DNA of 64,000 bases from Candidatus Ryanbacteria bacterium CG10_big_fil_rev_8_21_14_0_10_43_42 (GCA_002793915.1 PFEF01000006.1:97368-161367), one strand, 5' to 3'; counted from the stretch's first letter, positions 11,629 to 19,985 are shown. Notes: generated by a model not told the origin, from the sequence alone. Program-made: numbers and translations.

Positions 11629-11717
11629 TTAGAGCGGAGAAGAGTAATAGGAATTACTCTTCTCCTGATAACTAGAAAATACCTGTGATATTTTCTAGAG
11701 GTCGGAGGTTCGGAGTA
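11629..11717 (+). pseudogene. degenerate tRNA-Ile-derived element: a copy from the D-arm 3' side to the T-loop, with both anticodon-stem halves replaced by perfect hairpins
   Basis: It shares ttagagcg, ctgataa and a 14 nt exact aggtcggaggttcg with the upstream tRNA-Ile. In place of the anticodon-stem halves it has inserted hairpins gagaagagtaat/attactcttctc and ctagaaaata/tattttctag. Confidence 0.5.
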
Positions 11718-11792
11718 ACGTAATCCAAGTGGACATAAAGATACACACAGTAATAAATGCGCTTCTTGCGTATTTTTTTGTATACTATATCT

Positions 11793-12764
11793 ATGAAGCA
11801 GAATAAATTAAAAATTGGTGTTGTAATGGGCGGACCGTCGAGCGAGCATGATATTTCATTAATGACGGGTAGGAATGTTATAGATACTCTTCGCGGATTA
11901 GGGCATACGGTAACACAGGTATATGTTACCAAATCGGGCAATTGGCTCTATAACAACAGTGCTTCCGCTTTCGATCCGGTAGAGATATGCGCACGTCATG
12001 ATGTTATGTTCAATGCTATGCACGGGGAATATGGTGAGGATGGGCAGGTACAGCAAATTTTTGACAGATGCAATGTGCGGTATACGGGATCTCGCACAAC
12101 GGCGGCGGCACTTGCGATGAACAAAATAATCAGCAAAGATATTTTTAATAAGGCGGGAATCCTTACGCCAAGAGCCGTAGCGTTCGAGCGGAATAATTTT
12201 GATATGAAGGAGGCTCTTTCTCGCGTGCATCTCATGACGGCACCTCCCTGGGTAGTGAAGCCCGCAAGTCGCGGTTCTTCCGTGGGTGTTACCATAGCAC
12301 GCACACTTCCGGGGTTAGCCGACGGTTTGGAAACCGCATTCGGGTATGATAATCATGTTGTAGTGGAAGAATTTATAAAAGGACGGGAGATTACCTGTGG
12401 AGTACTTCAGGATTTTGCCGGAGAGGATGTGCACGCGCTTCACCCGCTGGAGATTATTCCGCCGGACGGAAAGTTCTTTGATTATGAAGTAAAGTATGAT
12501 GGTTCTACAAAAGAAGTTCCAGCACCGTTCTTCGGCGAAATGCTTAAAAATATTAAGGCACAGGCCGTTGCGGCTCATAATGCGCTCGGATGTCGGCATT
12601 ATTCCCGTACGGATATGATTATTAAGGGAACGAAAATATACGTTTTGGAAACGAATACCCTACCGGGACTCACAAGCGAATCGCTTTTCCCGAAACAGGC
12701 GCGATTAGCTAAAATGGAATTTCCGCAGTTACTGGAACATTTGGTGCGTTTGGCAACGGCATAA
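11793..12764 (+). CDS. ddl: D-alanine--D-alanine ligase
   Basis: MKQNKLKIGVVMGGPSSEHDISL N-terminus and an ATP-grasp pattern. The ORF track starts at 11757, but the ATG at 11793 fits the family N-terminus. Confidence 0.8.
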   Translation: MKQNKLKIGVVMGGPSSEHDISLMTGRNVIDTLRGLGHTVTQVYVTKSGNWLYNNSASAFDPVEICARHDVMFNAMHGEYGEDGQVQQIFDRCNVRYTGSRTTAAALAMNKIISKDIFNKAGILTPRAVAFERNNFDMKEALSRVHLMTAPPWVVKPASRGSSVGVTIARTLPGLADGLETAFGYDNHVVVEEFIKGREITCGVLQDFAGEDVHALHPLEIIPPDGKFFDYEVKYDGSTKEVPAPFFGEMLKNIKAQAVAAHNALGCRHYSRTDMIIKGTKIYVLETNTLPGLTSESLFPKQARLAKMEFPQLLEHLVRLATA

Positions 12765-12792
12765 CAGATCTTTTACAAGGAGGAAGTGTTTT

Positions 12793-13536
12793 ATGAGACG
12801 CATGCGATGGCAGAGTTGGGCTTTGGGATTTTCTCTTTTATATATTTTAGTTAAGGGATTTGGTTCATCTGAATATGCGAGTATGGTAACGCCCGCACGC
12901 TTTTATATACAGTCTTATTTTGTAGAAACGCGCCTGGTTGTATACGAAGGGGAATACTGGCGTGTTGTACTACACGAAAAGCAGAATCCGCATTTCTTGC
13001 GGAGCATCGTGCGTTTAAAACGGGTATGCGAATCTCCCGTATGCCTAACGTCTGCTGAAAGGCGAGAACGGGATGAGATAGAACTCGTACTACATACTTT
13101 GGTACTTAGATATGGCGCCACCTACACCAACTTTATGCGTCTTATGAATAATGCTTATCGTTCGCCGATTCCTATGCCGGTAATGCATTATCACTTTATT
13201 CCGCGCTACAAAACCCCATTTTCTTTTGGAGAGATATATTTTCATGATAAGGCGTATGGGCGTCATTATTCTGAAAACGAAGAAAAGCCGGTTCCTCCCG
13301 CACTTATGCTTCTCATAAAAAATATTGTAGGGAAAGAATTTAAAGACCGTATGCCAAAGCCATCCGCAGAGGTGGCTTTTTTCTTGAAAAAAAGGAAGAA
13401 CCATGGTATGGTTTTTTGTAGATTTCAAATTAAAATATTTCGAAATTTACGAGGGCGAATTTCGGTAGCTCATCTGGTAGAGCGGTTTGATATGCCCCCA
13501 GCATATCAAACTTGCACTGCGGAGGGTGGAAAGTAA
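12793..13536 (+). CDS. hypothetical protein (possible HIT-like fold); the 3' end runs into the tRNA-like element
   Basis: 247 aa ORF with no family recognised with confidence. The last 27 codons are translated from the tRNA-Ala-like sequence, so the true C-terminus or the gene's integrity is uncertain. Confidence 0.3.
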   Translation: MRRMRWQSWALGFSLLYILVKGFGSSEYASMVTPARFYIQSYFVETRLVVYEGEYWRVVLHEKQNPHFLRSIVRLKRVCESPVCLTSAERRERDEIELVLHTLVLRYGATYTNFMRLMNNAYRSPIPMPVMHYHFIPRYKTPFSFGEIYFHDKAYGRHYSENEEKPVPPALMLLIKNIVGKEFKDRMPKPSAEVAFFLKKRKNHGMVFCRFQIKIFRNLRGRISVAHLVERFDMPPAYQTCTAEGGK

Positions 13537-13566
13537 CGGGGTTACTTTCCACGGTTCGAGTCCTAG
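13465..13566 (+). pseudogene. degenerate tRNA-Ala-derived element with two perfect hairpin insertions
   Basis: Its D-arm gtagctcatctggtagagcg, the cttgcactgcgg segment and the T-loop ggttcgagtcc are identical to tRNA-Ala 150 nt downstream. The 5' anticodon-stem half is replaced by tttgatatgc/gcatatcaaa, and gtggaaagtaa/ttactttccac is inserted before the T-arm. No acceptor pairing is present. Confidence 0.5.
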
Positions 13567-13611
13567 GAGGGTAAAAGACTTTAATAATAGGTTTAGAGAC
13601 GTAAATAATAT

Positions 13612-13684
13612 GGGCCCGTAGCTCATCTGGTAGAGCGCCGCACTTGCACTGCGGAGGTGGCAGGTTCGAGTCCTGTCGGGTCCA
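13612..13684 (+). tRNA. tRNA-Ala (anticodon TGC)
   Basis: Acceptor gggcccg/cgggtcc with a G3:U70 pair, anticodon loop ctTGCac, T-loop ttcgagt. Confidence 0.9.
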
Positions 13685-13812
13685 CATCGTAAATCTCAAT
13701 AACCGTTTTTAACCTCCCGCTGTCCGCGTGCCGGCAAGGCGGAAAGAGGGAGTTTTTGGTTTGCTTAGCCGCTTTCTTGTTTACAAAACCCCTTAAATCC
13801 GATATGATTTAA

Positions 13813-13848
13813 ATATAGATATTCCATACTTTATATTATAATCTATAT
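13813..13848 (+). promoter_or_regulatory. inverted repeat (atatagat ... atctatat) spanning a TATAAT-like box upstream of the XRE gene; candidate operator
   Basis: 8 bp inverted-repeat arms separated by about 20 nt, 25-60 nt upstream of the ATG at 13872. Confidence 0.3.
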
Positions 13849-13871
13849 ACCAATTTATATAACAGAAAGTT

Positions 13872-14069
13872 ATGAAAATTGCAGATAACCTCAAAAAAAT
13901 AAGAGCGGAAAAGAGCTACTCTCTCGAAAAAGTGGCGCGGTTAGCTGATTTGTCGCTCAATACGGTTGTAAAGATAGAAAGCGGGGTCAATAAGAATCCT
14001 ACTATCGATACTCTTTCCAAAATCGCCAAGGCGCTTGAGGTTGATGTTGATGATTTAATACAGAAGTAG
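13872..14069 (+). CDS. XRE-family helix-turn-helix regulator (controller/C-protein-like)
   Basis: 65 aa with an HTH_XRE pattern (SLEKVARLADLSLNTVVKIESG). The stop codon lies 2 nt before the methyltransferase ATG. Confidence 0.7.
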   Translation: MKIADNLKKIRAEKSYSLEKVARLADLSLNTVVKIESGVNKNPTIDTLSKIAKALEVDVDDLIQK

Positions 14070-14071
14070 TT

Positions 14072-15190
14072 ATGAACACCCAAACCTTAAACATGGGCCT
14101 TAACAAGGCTGGTCAAGCAAAGAAAGATGAGTTTTATACTCAGCTCGTTGATATTGAAAAAGAGTTGAAGCATTACAAAAATCAATTTCGAGGCAAGGTT
14201 GTTTATTGCAACTGCGACGATCCGTTTGAGAGTAACTTTTTTAAATATTTCGCTGGTAATTTTAATGCACTGGGATTGAAAAAACTAATTGCGACGAGCT
14301 ACAAGCCGTCACCTATTGCAAATACACAGCTTGGACTATTTGGTGACGAAGAAGTGCTGACAAAATCCAAAGGCCGTCCAAAAGTGACTGCCAATAAATT
14401 TATCATCAACGAAGTTGATGATTTTGATGGCGACGGTGCTTTTGATTTACGTGATGTCGCTGAACAGCTCAAAGCAAACAAAAACAACGAATGGGCACCG
14501 TTAGATAGCGAGGGAGATTTTAGAAGTCCAGAAAGTATAGAGTTGCTTAAACAAGCTGACATTGTAGTGACAAATCCGCCATTTTCACTCTTTCGTGAGT
14601 ATGTAGCCCAACTTGTTGAATACGATAAGAAATTTTTAATACTTGGGGACCAAAACGCCATAACATACAAGGAGATTTTTAAGTTAATTAGCGACGATAA
14701 AATATGGCTCGGTTACGATAATGGAGGCACGAAATGGTTTCAAGTCCCGATGGATTACGACATTCCAACTGAATCAAGAAAGAAAATCGTAAACGGCGTG
14801 AAGTATTTCAGTATGGGAAGAATTATGTGGTTTACAAATCTTGAGACCACAAAACGTCACGAGAGACTGACTTTGTATAAAACATACACCGCACAAGAAT
14901 ATCCTAAATACGACAACTATCCTGCAATAAACGTTGATAAAGTCTCTGATATTCCAATGGACTACGATGGAATAATGGGTGTCCCTATTACTTTCATCGA
15001 TAAATACAATCCAGAGCAGTTTGAAATATTAGGCATTACTGATAGACAAAACACGTCTGGTCTCCGAACGAAAAAATATACAGAAGCGGACAATCCTAAA
15101 TACAACGACTTAAATGCTCGTAGCGTGATAAAAACTGGCAATACTTACAAAGCTGTGTACGCGCGACTTTTAATAAGAAATAAAAAATAA
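14072..15190 (+). CDS. N6-adenine DNA methyltransferase (NPPF motif; EcoRI-methylase-like family)
   Basis: VVTNPPFSL is catalytic motif IV of amino-methyltransferases. The N-terminal DEFYT..CDDPFES region is as in the EcoRI-methylase family, recalled from memory. Translationally coupled to its neighbours. Confidence 0.55.
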   Translation: MNTQTLNMGLNKAGQAKKDEFYTQLVDIEKELKHYKNQFRGKVVYCNCDDPFESNFFKYFAGNFNALGLKKLIATSYKPSPIANTQLGLFGDEEVLTKSKGRPKVTANKFIINEVDDFDGDGAFDLRDVAEQLKANKNNEWAPLDSEGDFRSPESIELLKQADIVVTNPPFSLFREYVAQLVEYDKKFLILGDQNAITYKEIFKLISDDKIWLGYDNGGTKWFQVPMDYDIPTESRKKIVNGVKYFSMGRIMWFTNLETTKRHERLTLYKTYTAQEYPKYDNYPAINVDKVSDIPMDYDGIMGVPITFIDKYNPEQFEILGITDRQNTSGLRTKKYTEADNPKYNDLNARSVIKTGNTYKAVYARLLIRNKK

Positions 15191-15192
15191 TT

Positions 15193-16296
15193 ATGAAAAT
15201 TGAACTACACAGAATCAAAATACGTGAGGTAGTCAATGGCTACGCAGACAATCATGAAGAAGGTGTGGTTGCTTATGGTGGCAAGCTCGATATTCGACCT
15301 AAATATCAACGTGAATTTGTCTATAAAGATAAACAGCGCGATGCGGTCATTGATACCGTAAAGAAAAATTTTCCGCTCAATGTGATGTATTGGGTAAAAA
15401 GCGACGACGATAGCTTTGAGGTGTTAGACGGACAGCAAAGAACAATCAGTATCGGGCAATTTGCGAATGGAGATTTTTCGGTGGACTTTAATGGTCGCAC
15501 TGCTATGTTCCACAACCTTACTAAAGAAGAACAGGGGCAAATCCTCGATTACGAATTGATGGTGTACTTCTGTGAAGGAACAGATAAGGAAAAGTTAGAT
15601 TGGTTCAAGATTATCAACATCGCAGGCGAACGTCTTACCGATCAAGAATTGCGAAATGCTGTTTACACTGGCACATGGCTTTCGGACGCAAAACTTAAGT
15701 TTAGTAAATCTGGCTGCGCGGCATATCTTTTGGCAAATGATGGCGGCGCATTGCTTACAGGTTCACCAATTAGACAAGAGTACCTAGAAACTGCACTCTC
15801 GTGGATCAATAGCGGCGAAATTGCCGAATATATGGCAAAGCATCAGCACGACAAGAATGCCGATGAGCTGTGGAAGTATTTCCAAAATGTTATTGCGTGG
15901 GTGCGTCAGACATTTCCGAACTATCGCAAAGAAATGGCGCACGTAAATTGGGGCGAGTTGTACAACCAATTCAAGGATAAAAAGCTAAACGCCAAGAAAC
16001 TTGAAACAGAAGTTGCAGAATTTATGAAAGACGAAGATGTAACAAAAAAATCTGGTATCTATCCGTATGTTTTGACGCGAAATGAGCGGCATTTAAATAT
16101 CCGTTCATTTACTGACAATATGAAGCGAGAGGCGTACGAGAGGCAGAAAGGTATTTGTGCATTCTGCAAAGAAAAGTTTGATATTTCTGATATGGAAGCT
16201 GATCACATTACCCCTTGGCATGAGGGCGGCAAAACTAACGCAAAAAATTGCCAGTTGTTGTGCAAAGACGATAACCGAAGGAAATCTGGAAAGTAA
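15193..16296 (+). CDS. DUF262 (ParB-like, DGQQR) domain fused to a C-terminal HNH endonuclease
   Basis: LDGQQRTISIGQF is the DUF262 hallmark. The C-terminus CAFCKEKF...ADHITPWHEGGKTNAKNCQLLCKDDNRRK is an HNH motif. Its start overlaps the methyltransferase stop (taattATG). Confidence 0.7.
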   Translation: MKIELHRIKIREVVNGYADNHEEGVVAYGGKLDIRPKYQREFVYKDKQRDAVIDTVKKNFPLNVMYWVKSDDDSFEVLDGQQRTISIGQFANGDFSVDFNGRTAMFHNLTKEEQGQILDYELMVYFCEGTDKEKLDWFKIINIAGERLTDQELRNAVYTGTWLSDAKLKFSKSGCAAYLLANDGGALLTGSPIRQEYLETALSWINSGEIAEYMAKHQHDKNADELWKYFQNVIAWVRQTFPNYRKEMAHVNWGELYNQFKDKKLNAKKLETEVAEFMKDEDVTKKSGIYPYVLTRNERHLNIRSFTDNMKREAYERQKGICAFCKEKFDISDMEADHITPWHEGGKTNAKNCQLLCKDDNRRKSGK

Positions 16297-16306
16297 CACT
16301 AACACC

Positions 16307-19300
16307 ATGAGGCTACCTCCCCAAACAATACGAACACTGTTAGAGGCAATTTTTTGGGGATCTGCTGTTTCGTTTACCTTTATTCTTGGATCCGCTATTG
16401 GATCATGGTTTTCGTTGAATATTCTCCCAGACTATTCATGGTTGATTACTCGTAAGGGCGAGGCATTTTATATTTTTGTATTCGCTCTTTTATTCTCTTA
16501 TCTTTACTTTCGAGATTTTCTACAAGTAGTATGGAAGGTCATAAAGAGTTCGAGATTTGATATTTTTATTGCGGCAGGATTAAGTGCATTGGTGGTCTTT
16601 AGCAATAAAAATATACTTTCTACATACATACAGGAGCATGTAATGGAACTAAACAGCGACAGCGTATTACTTTTCTTTATTATTGTATTTATTTTGTCGC
16701 TATCATGCGTACTGTATGTGATACTGCAAATGTTTAACCGCAGAAAGAAAGTGGACTCAAAATTTGCAAATGATAACCCAATTAGGGATTCCGAAGGCGA
16801 TCTCCTGGATTTTAGTACAAAAGCAAATTCGTTCGCAGAGAATATCTTTCATGCTTCACAGGGTAAGGGTTTAGTGTTTGGTGTAGATGCCCCTTGGGGA
16901 TCTGGTAAGTCATCATTTTTAAATCTCTGTAAGAGGTATTGGGAAATCAAACATAAAAACGAGTTAATTGTGTACGAATTTAGTCCCTTACACTATTCAA
17001 CAGATGCTAATTTACTTGAGAGATTTGTGGATGGTCTAATAAAAGAAATACAAAAGAATGTTTTTATTCCTGAGATACGCCCACTTTTTTCTCAATATTC
17101 TAAGCTCATCAAGATAGTAAATGGATTTAGTATTTTTGGGGTAAAAATTCCAGAATTTGCTAGTAGGCGCACCATTAACGATGTACATAATGATTTAGAG
17201 TGTGCACTAAATGGAATCAATAGGAGAATAATCGTTATTGTAGACGACCTAGACCGCATAGAATTAAAAGAGATTAAGAACGTATTGTTTGCAATACGTG
17301 AAAGTTTTAAATTCCCCAATATTTCGTATGTCTTATGTTACGACACAGAGAATATAAATGCATTGGAGGCAGATACGCCAGAGATTGAGACGGTGAATGA
17401 ATTCCTGGAGAAATTCGTCAATATTAAGATAAGTATTTTCCTCGATAAGAAAAACCTAGAGAATTTCGTTTCAAAAGAATTGAAAAAGGTAATTGAGGAC
17501 AAAACAACAGATCCAGAACTTGTTGCTGTCGTATTAAGCGGACTACGCGACATATTTCAATCACCTGAATTTCATCGTTATACGTCCTTTGTCGGAGACA
17601 TTAGAAAATTGAAGCGACTTGTGAATACGGTGGTTCTTTTAGAGTTGTATAAAGTAAACTTCGATAAAGCAGATATTGATAAGTTTGATTTAGCTCATTT
17701 ACTACTGATTTATATTAATTATCCAAGTATTTTCAGAAAAATTTATAACACCGAAACTGCAGGTGGTTATGGTTTTTTCTCTGCAGTTGGTCCCTATGAC
17801 AGTGAGTTTTATCCAAAAGATAAGAAGAGAAACAATGGAGAAAGGAGCGACACATATGAAAATTCTGATGTATACAACGAATATCTAGAGGACTTAACAG
17901 ATAATCAAAAGTTTCTCATTGAGCAGATATTTAATGTCACTAGGCGACTTAAGCGAGCAAAAAATAATGATAGTGCAAACCACTACATCAATAATGAAGA
18001 TTCATATCGAAAGATAGACAGTGTATCGGAAGACATAAAAACTTCCCTGGCATGTTTCAATGGTGACAAATTTACTGGTTCTGGTCGCAATCTAGAAGAT
18101 TATTTGCGTTTAATTGCTCATCTAGCGCCGCCAGAAGAAGAAAAGCAATTTGCACCTTTCAAAAACTGGCGAGACAAGATCATTAGCGAAGATATAACTA
18201 TAGAACAACTTTTTAATCAACCAGAATTTTCTGTTGAACTTGGCGAGCAAAAGCGACAAAAACTTTGGCGTCTCATTGTAAACAACACAAGGAAACTGAA
18301 TCAAAATGTTGCTGGTAATTTAATAAGGTATCTGACACAAAATATATCTAAATATTCCCTGTTTGAAAACGAGGTTCTTGGCGTAGGACTACGTCATCAT
18401 GATCTTCCTTATTTTTTGGTACGACTGCTTAATGATGCTGGATATAAAGGTAGCATGAATGGTAATAATACGGAGGAAAACATCAAAGAAATCGCTGATT
18501 GGATTTTCGGTGAAGACACCCACAAAGATGAAGGAATACTAGACGCCTTGTTAGAAGATGAGCGAGGTATTCTTGGTCTATATGATTCACTTAGTTTGAG
18601 ATTGATCTGCTGTTCCGATAGAGGTGGCGATATTTTCAACGTATCTAGAGCAATAGCAAAACACGGTAATAAAGAAGCTCCTACTGCGGGGGACACGAGA
18701 ATCATTGTAAAAGAAGAAATGCGTGAAATTTCACAGAAAATTTTTGGTGTGTTTAAATCACGATACATTGACAAAAAGATTAACATTTTTTCGGAAGTTC
18801 AAAAGTTGTCTTTGGATAATATAACGGGAGAATATTCCACTTATGTGCGAAATCAAGTGAAAGGCGGTGTTATATCTGAAGATAAGTTACAGGCAGATGT
18901 TGAATATACAAAATTTAATGCTTTAGGTTTTATTGTTTACCAGCTAGGTGATGACCAGATAAATCACGGGGTTGGTTGTGGTCTTTATGATCCTCTCGGA
19001 AATGCTGACAAAGGAATGATCAAAAACTTGATGAATAAGTATCTATTTGAGAGGTGCTTTAATCCGACAACCAGTGAGAATAATTATGAGAATCTTTTAA
19101 GTTTGCTTTTGAGGAATATTCCATTTGATGCTCTCAGGGAAGATCATTTTGGTAAAATTCCTGACTTTAAGTTAAAAACGATTGTTGGTGTTCTTGATAT
19201 ACAAACTCTCTCTGAATTTTGGAAGGAACATAGAGAAAAAATCAAGAAACTAAACTTTGAGAATTCAGGTAAAAAAATATTTATGGGAACACGATATGTA

Positions 19301-19414
19301 AATTCAGATTCTGAGGATATTTTTGCGTCCTATCAAAACGACTTGCCACGTGTATATAAGGCACTCGATGATTATATCGATAACCCTACTGGCAAAGGGG
19401 AGTCGCCCGCATAG
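16307..19414 (+). CDS. KAP-family P-loop NTPase with an N-terminal 4-5 helix transmembrane region
   Basis: Walker A GVDAPWGSGKSSFLNL and Walker B IIVIVDDLDR within a KAP-like region, preceded by about 180 aa of transmembrane helices. The ORF track begins at 16157, but the ATG at 16307 sits just after the upstream stop. Confidence 0.7.
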   Translation: MRLPPQTIRTLLEAIFWGSAVSFTFILGSAIGSWFSLNILPDYSWLITRKGEAFYIFVFALLFSYLYFRDFLQVVWKVIKSSRFDIFIAAGLSALVVFSNKNILSTYIQEHVMELNSDSVLLFFIIVFILSLSCVLYVILQMFNRRKKVDSKFANDNPIRDSEGDLLDFSTKANSFAENIFHASQGKGLVFGVDAPWGSGKSSFLNLCKRYWEIKHKNELIVYEFSPLHYSTDANLLERFVDGLIKEIQKNVFIPEIRPLFSQYSKLIKIVNGFSIFGVKIPEFASRRTINDVHNDLECALNGINRRIIVIVDDLDRIELKEIKNVLFAIRESFKFPNISYVLCYDTENINALEADTPEIETVNEFLEKFVNIKISIFLDKKNLENFVSKELKKVIEDKTTDPELVAVVLSGLRDIFQSPEFHRYTSFVGDIRKLKRLVNTVVLLELYKVNFDKADIDKFDLAHLLLIYINYPSIFRKIYNTETAGGYGFFSAVGPYDSEFYPKDKKRNNGERSDTYENSDVYNEYLEDLTDNQKFLIEQIFNVTRRLKRAKNNDSANHYINNEDSYRKIDSVSEDIKTSLACFNGDKFTGSGRNLEDYLRLIAHLAPPEEEKQFAPFKNWRDKIISEDITIEQLFNQPEFSVELGEQKRQKLWRLIVNNTRKLNQNVAGNLIRYLTQNISKYSLFENEVLGVGLRHHDLPYFLVRLLNDAGYKGSMNGNNTEENIKEIADWIFGEDTHKDEGILDALLEDERGILGLYDSLSLRLICCSDRGGDIFNVSRAIAKHGNKEAPTAGDTRIIVKEEMREISQKIFGVFKSRYIDKKINIFSEVQKLSLDNITGEYSTYVRNQVKGGVISEDKLQADVEYTKFNALGFIVYQLGDDQINHGVGCGLYDPLGNADKGMIKNLMNKYLFERCFNPTTSENNYENLLSLLLRNIPFDALREDHFGKIPDFKLKTIVGVLDIQTLSEFWKEHREKIKKLNFENSGKKIFMGTRYVNSDSEDIFASYQNDLPRVYKALDDYIDNPTGKGESPA

Positions 19415-19468
19415 CGGGCGGTTTGCGCGCGCACTGGGAGGGTGGGGCAAACGCAAAGACATTTTTTG
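19404..19468 (+). terminator. GC-rich tandem hairpins ending in a T-run; the KAP gene stop codon lies in the first loop
   Basis: cgcccgc-atag-gcgggcg, then gtttgc..gcaaac, then attttttg. Confidence 0.4.
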
Positions 19469-19542
19469 CCTACTTTGTTATAATTCACAAAAAGCGGACA
19501 TGTCGACCCGCTCTCATATAAATCAACTAACCTTTTATAACT

Positions 19543-19887
19543 ATGGCTAAAAAAATTTCAACTGAAGAAGTAAAGAGTAAATTGGATAAAAACGAGAACT
19601 TTTATCTCATTGATACATTGGCGGCCAACAGCTTTGAGGCGCGCCACATCCCCGGAGCAAAAAGCATGCCGTATGGAACTGATTTTATAAAACAATTTGA
19701 GCAAGTAATTAACGCCCAGAAAGACGCAGAGATCATAACTTATTGCGCCTCAAATGGATGTCAGCTATCAGCGTTGGCCGCCAATGCTCTTGAAGAAGCC
19801 GGCTATACGAATGTTGGTCATTATGTTGACGGTCTCGCAGGTTGGCAAAACGCAGGCCATAAATTTGAAGGAGAAGCGACGAAATAG
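19543..19887 (+). CDS. rhodanese-domain sulfurtransferase
   Basis: Active-site loop YCASNGCQ in a 114 aa single-domain protein. Confidence 0.7.
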   Translation: MAKKISTEEVKSKLDKNENFYLIDTLAANSFEARHIPGAKSMPYGTDFIKQFEQVINAQKDAEIITYCASNGCQLSALAANALEEAGYTNVGHYVDGLAGWQNAGHKFEGEATK

Positions 19888-19985
19888 TTTGGATTAAGGG
19901 AGTAAAATTATGCGCACACTGGGCGAGTGTGGCAAGCACAATATGGTAAACTACAAGGGTCGATTAATAACTAACCATAAAAACT

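Noticed and set aside
13430-13699. 89 aa minus-strand ORF.
   Set aside because: It is a reverse-strand translation of the two tRNA-Ala-related sequences. Its cysteine- and proline-rich composition arises from tRNA stems.
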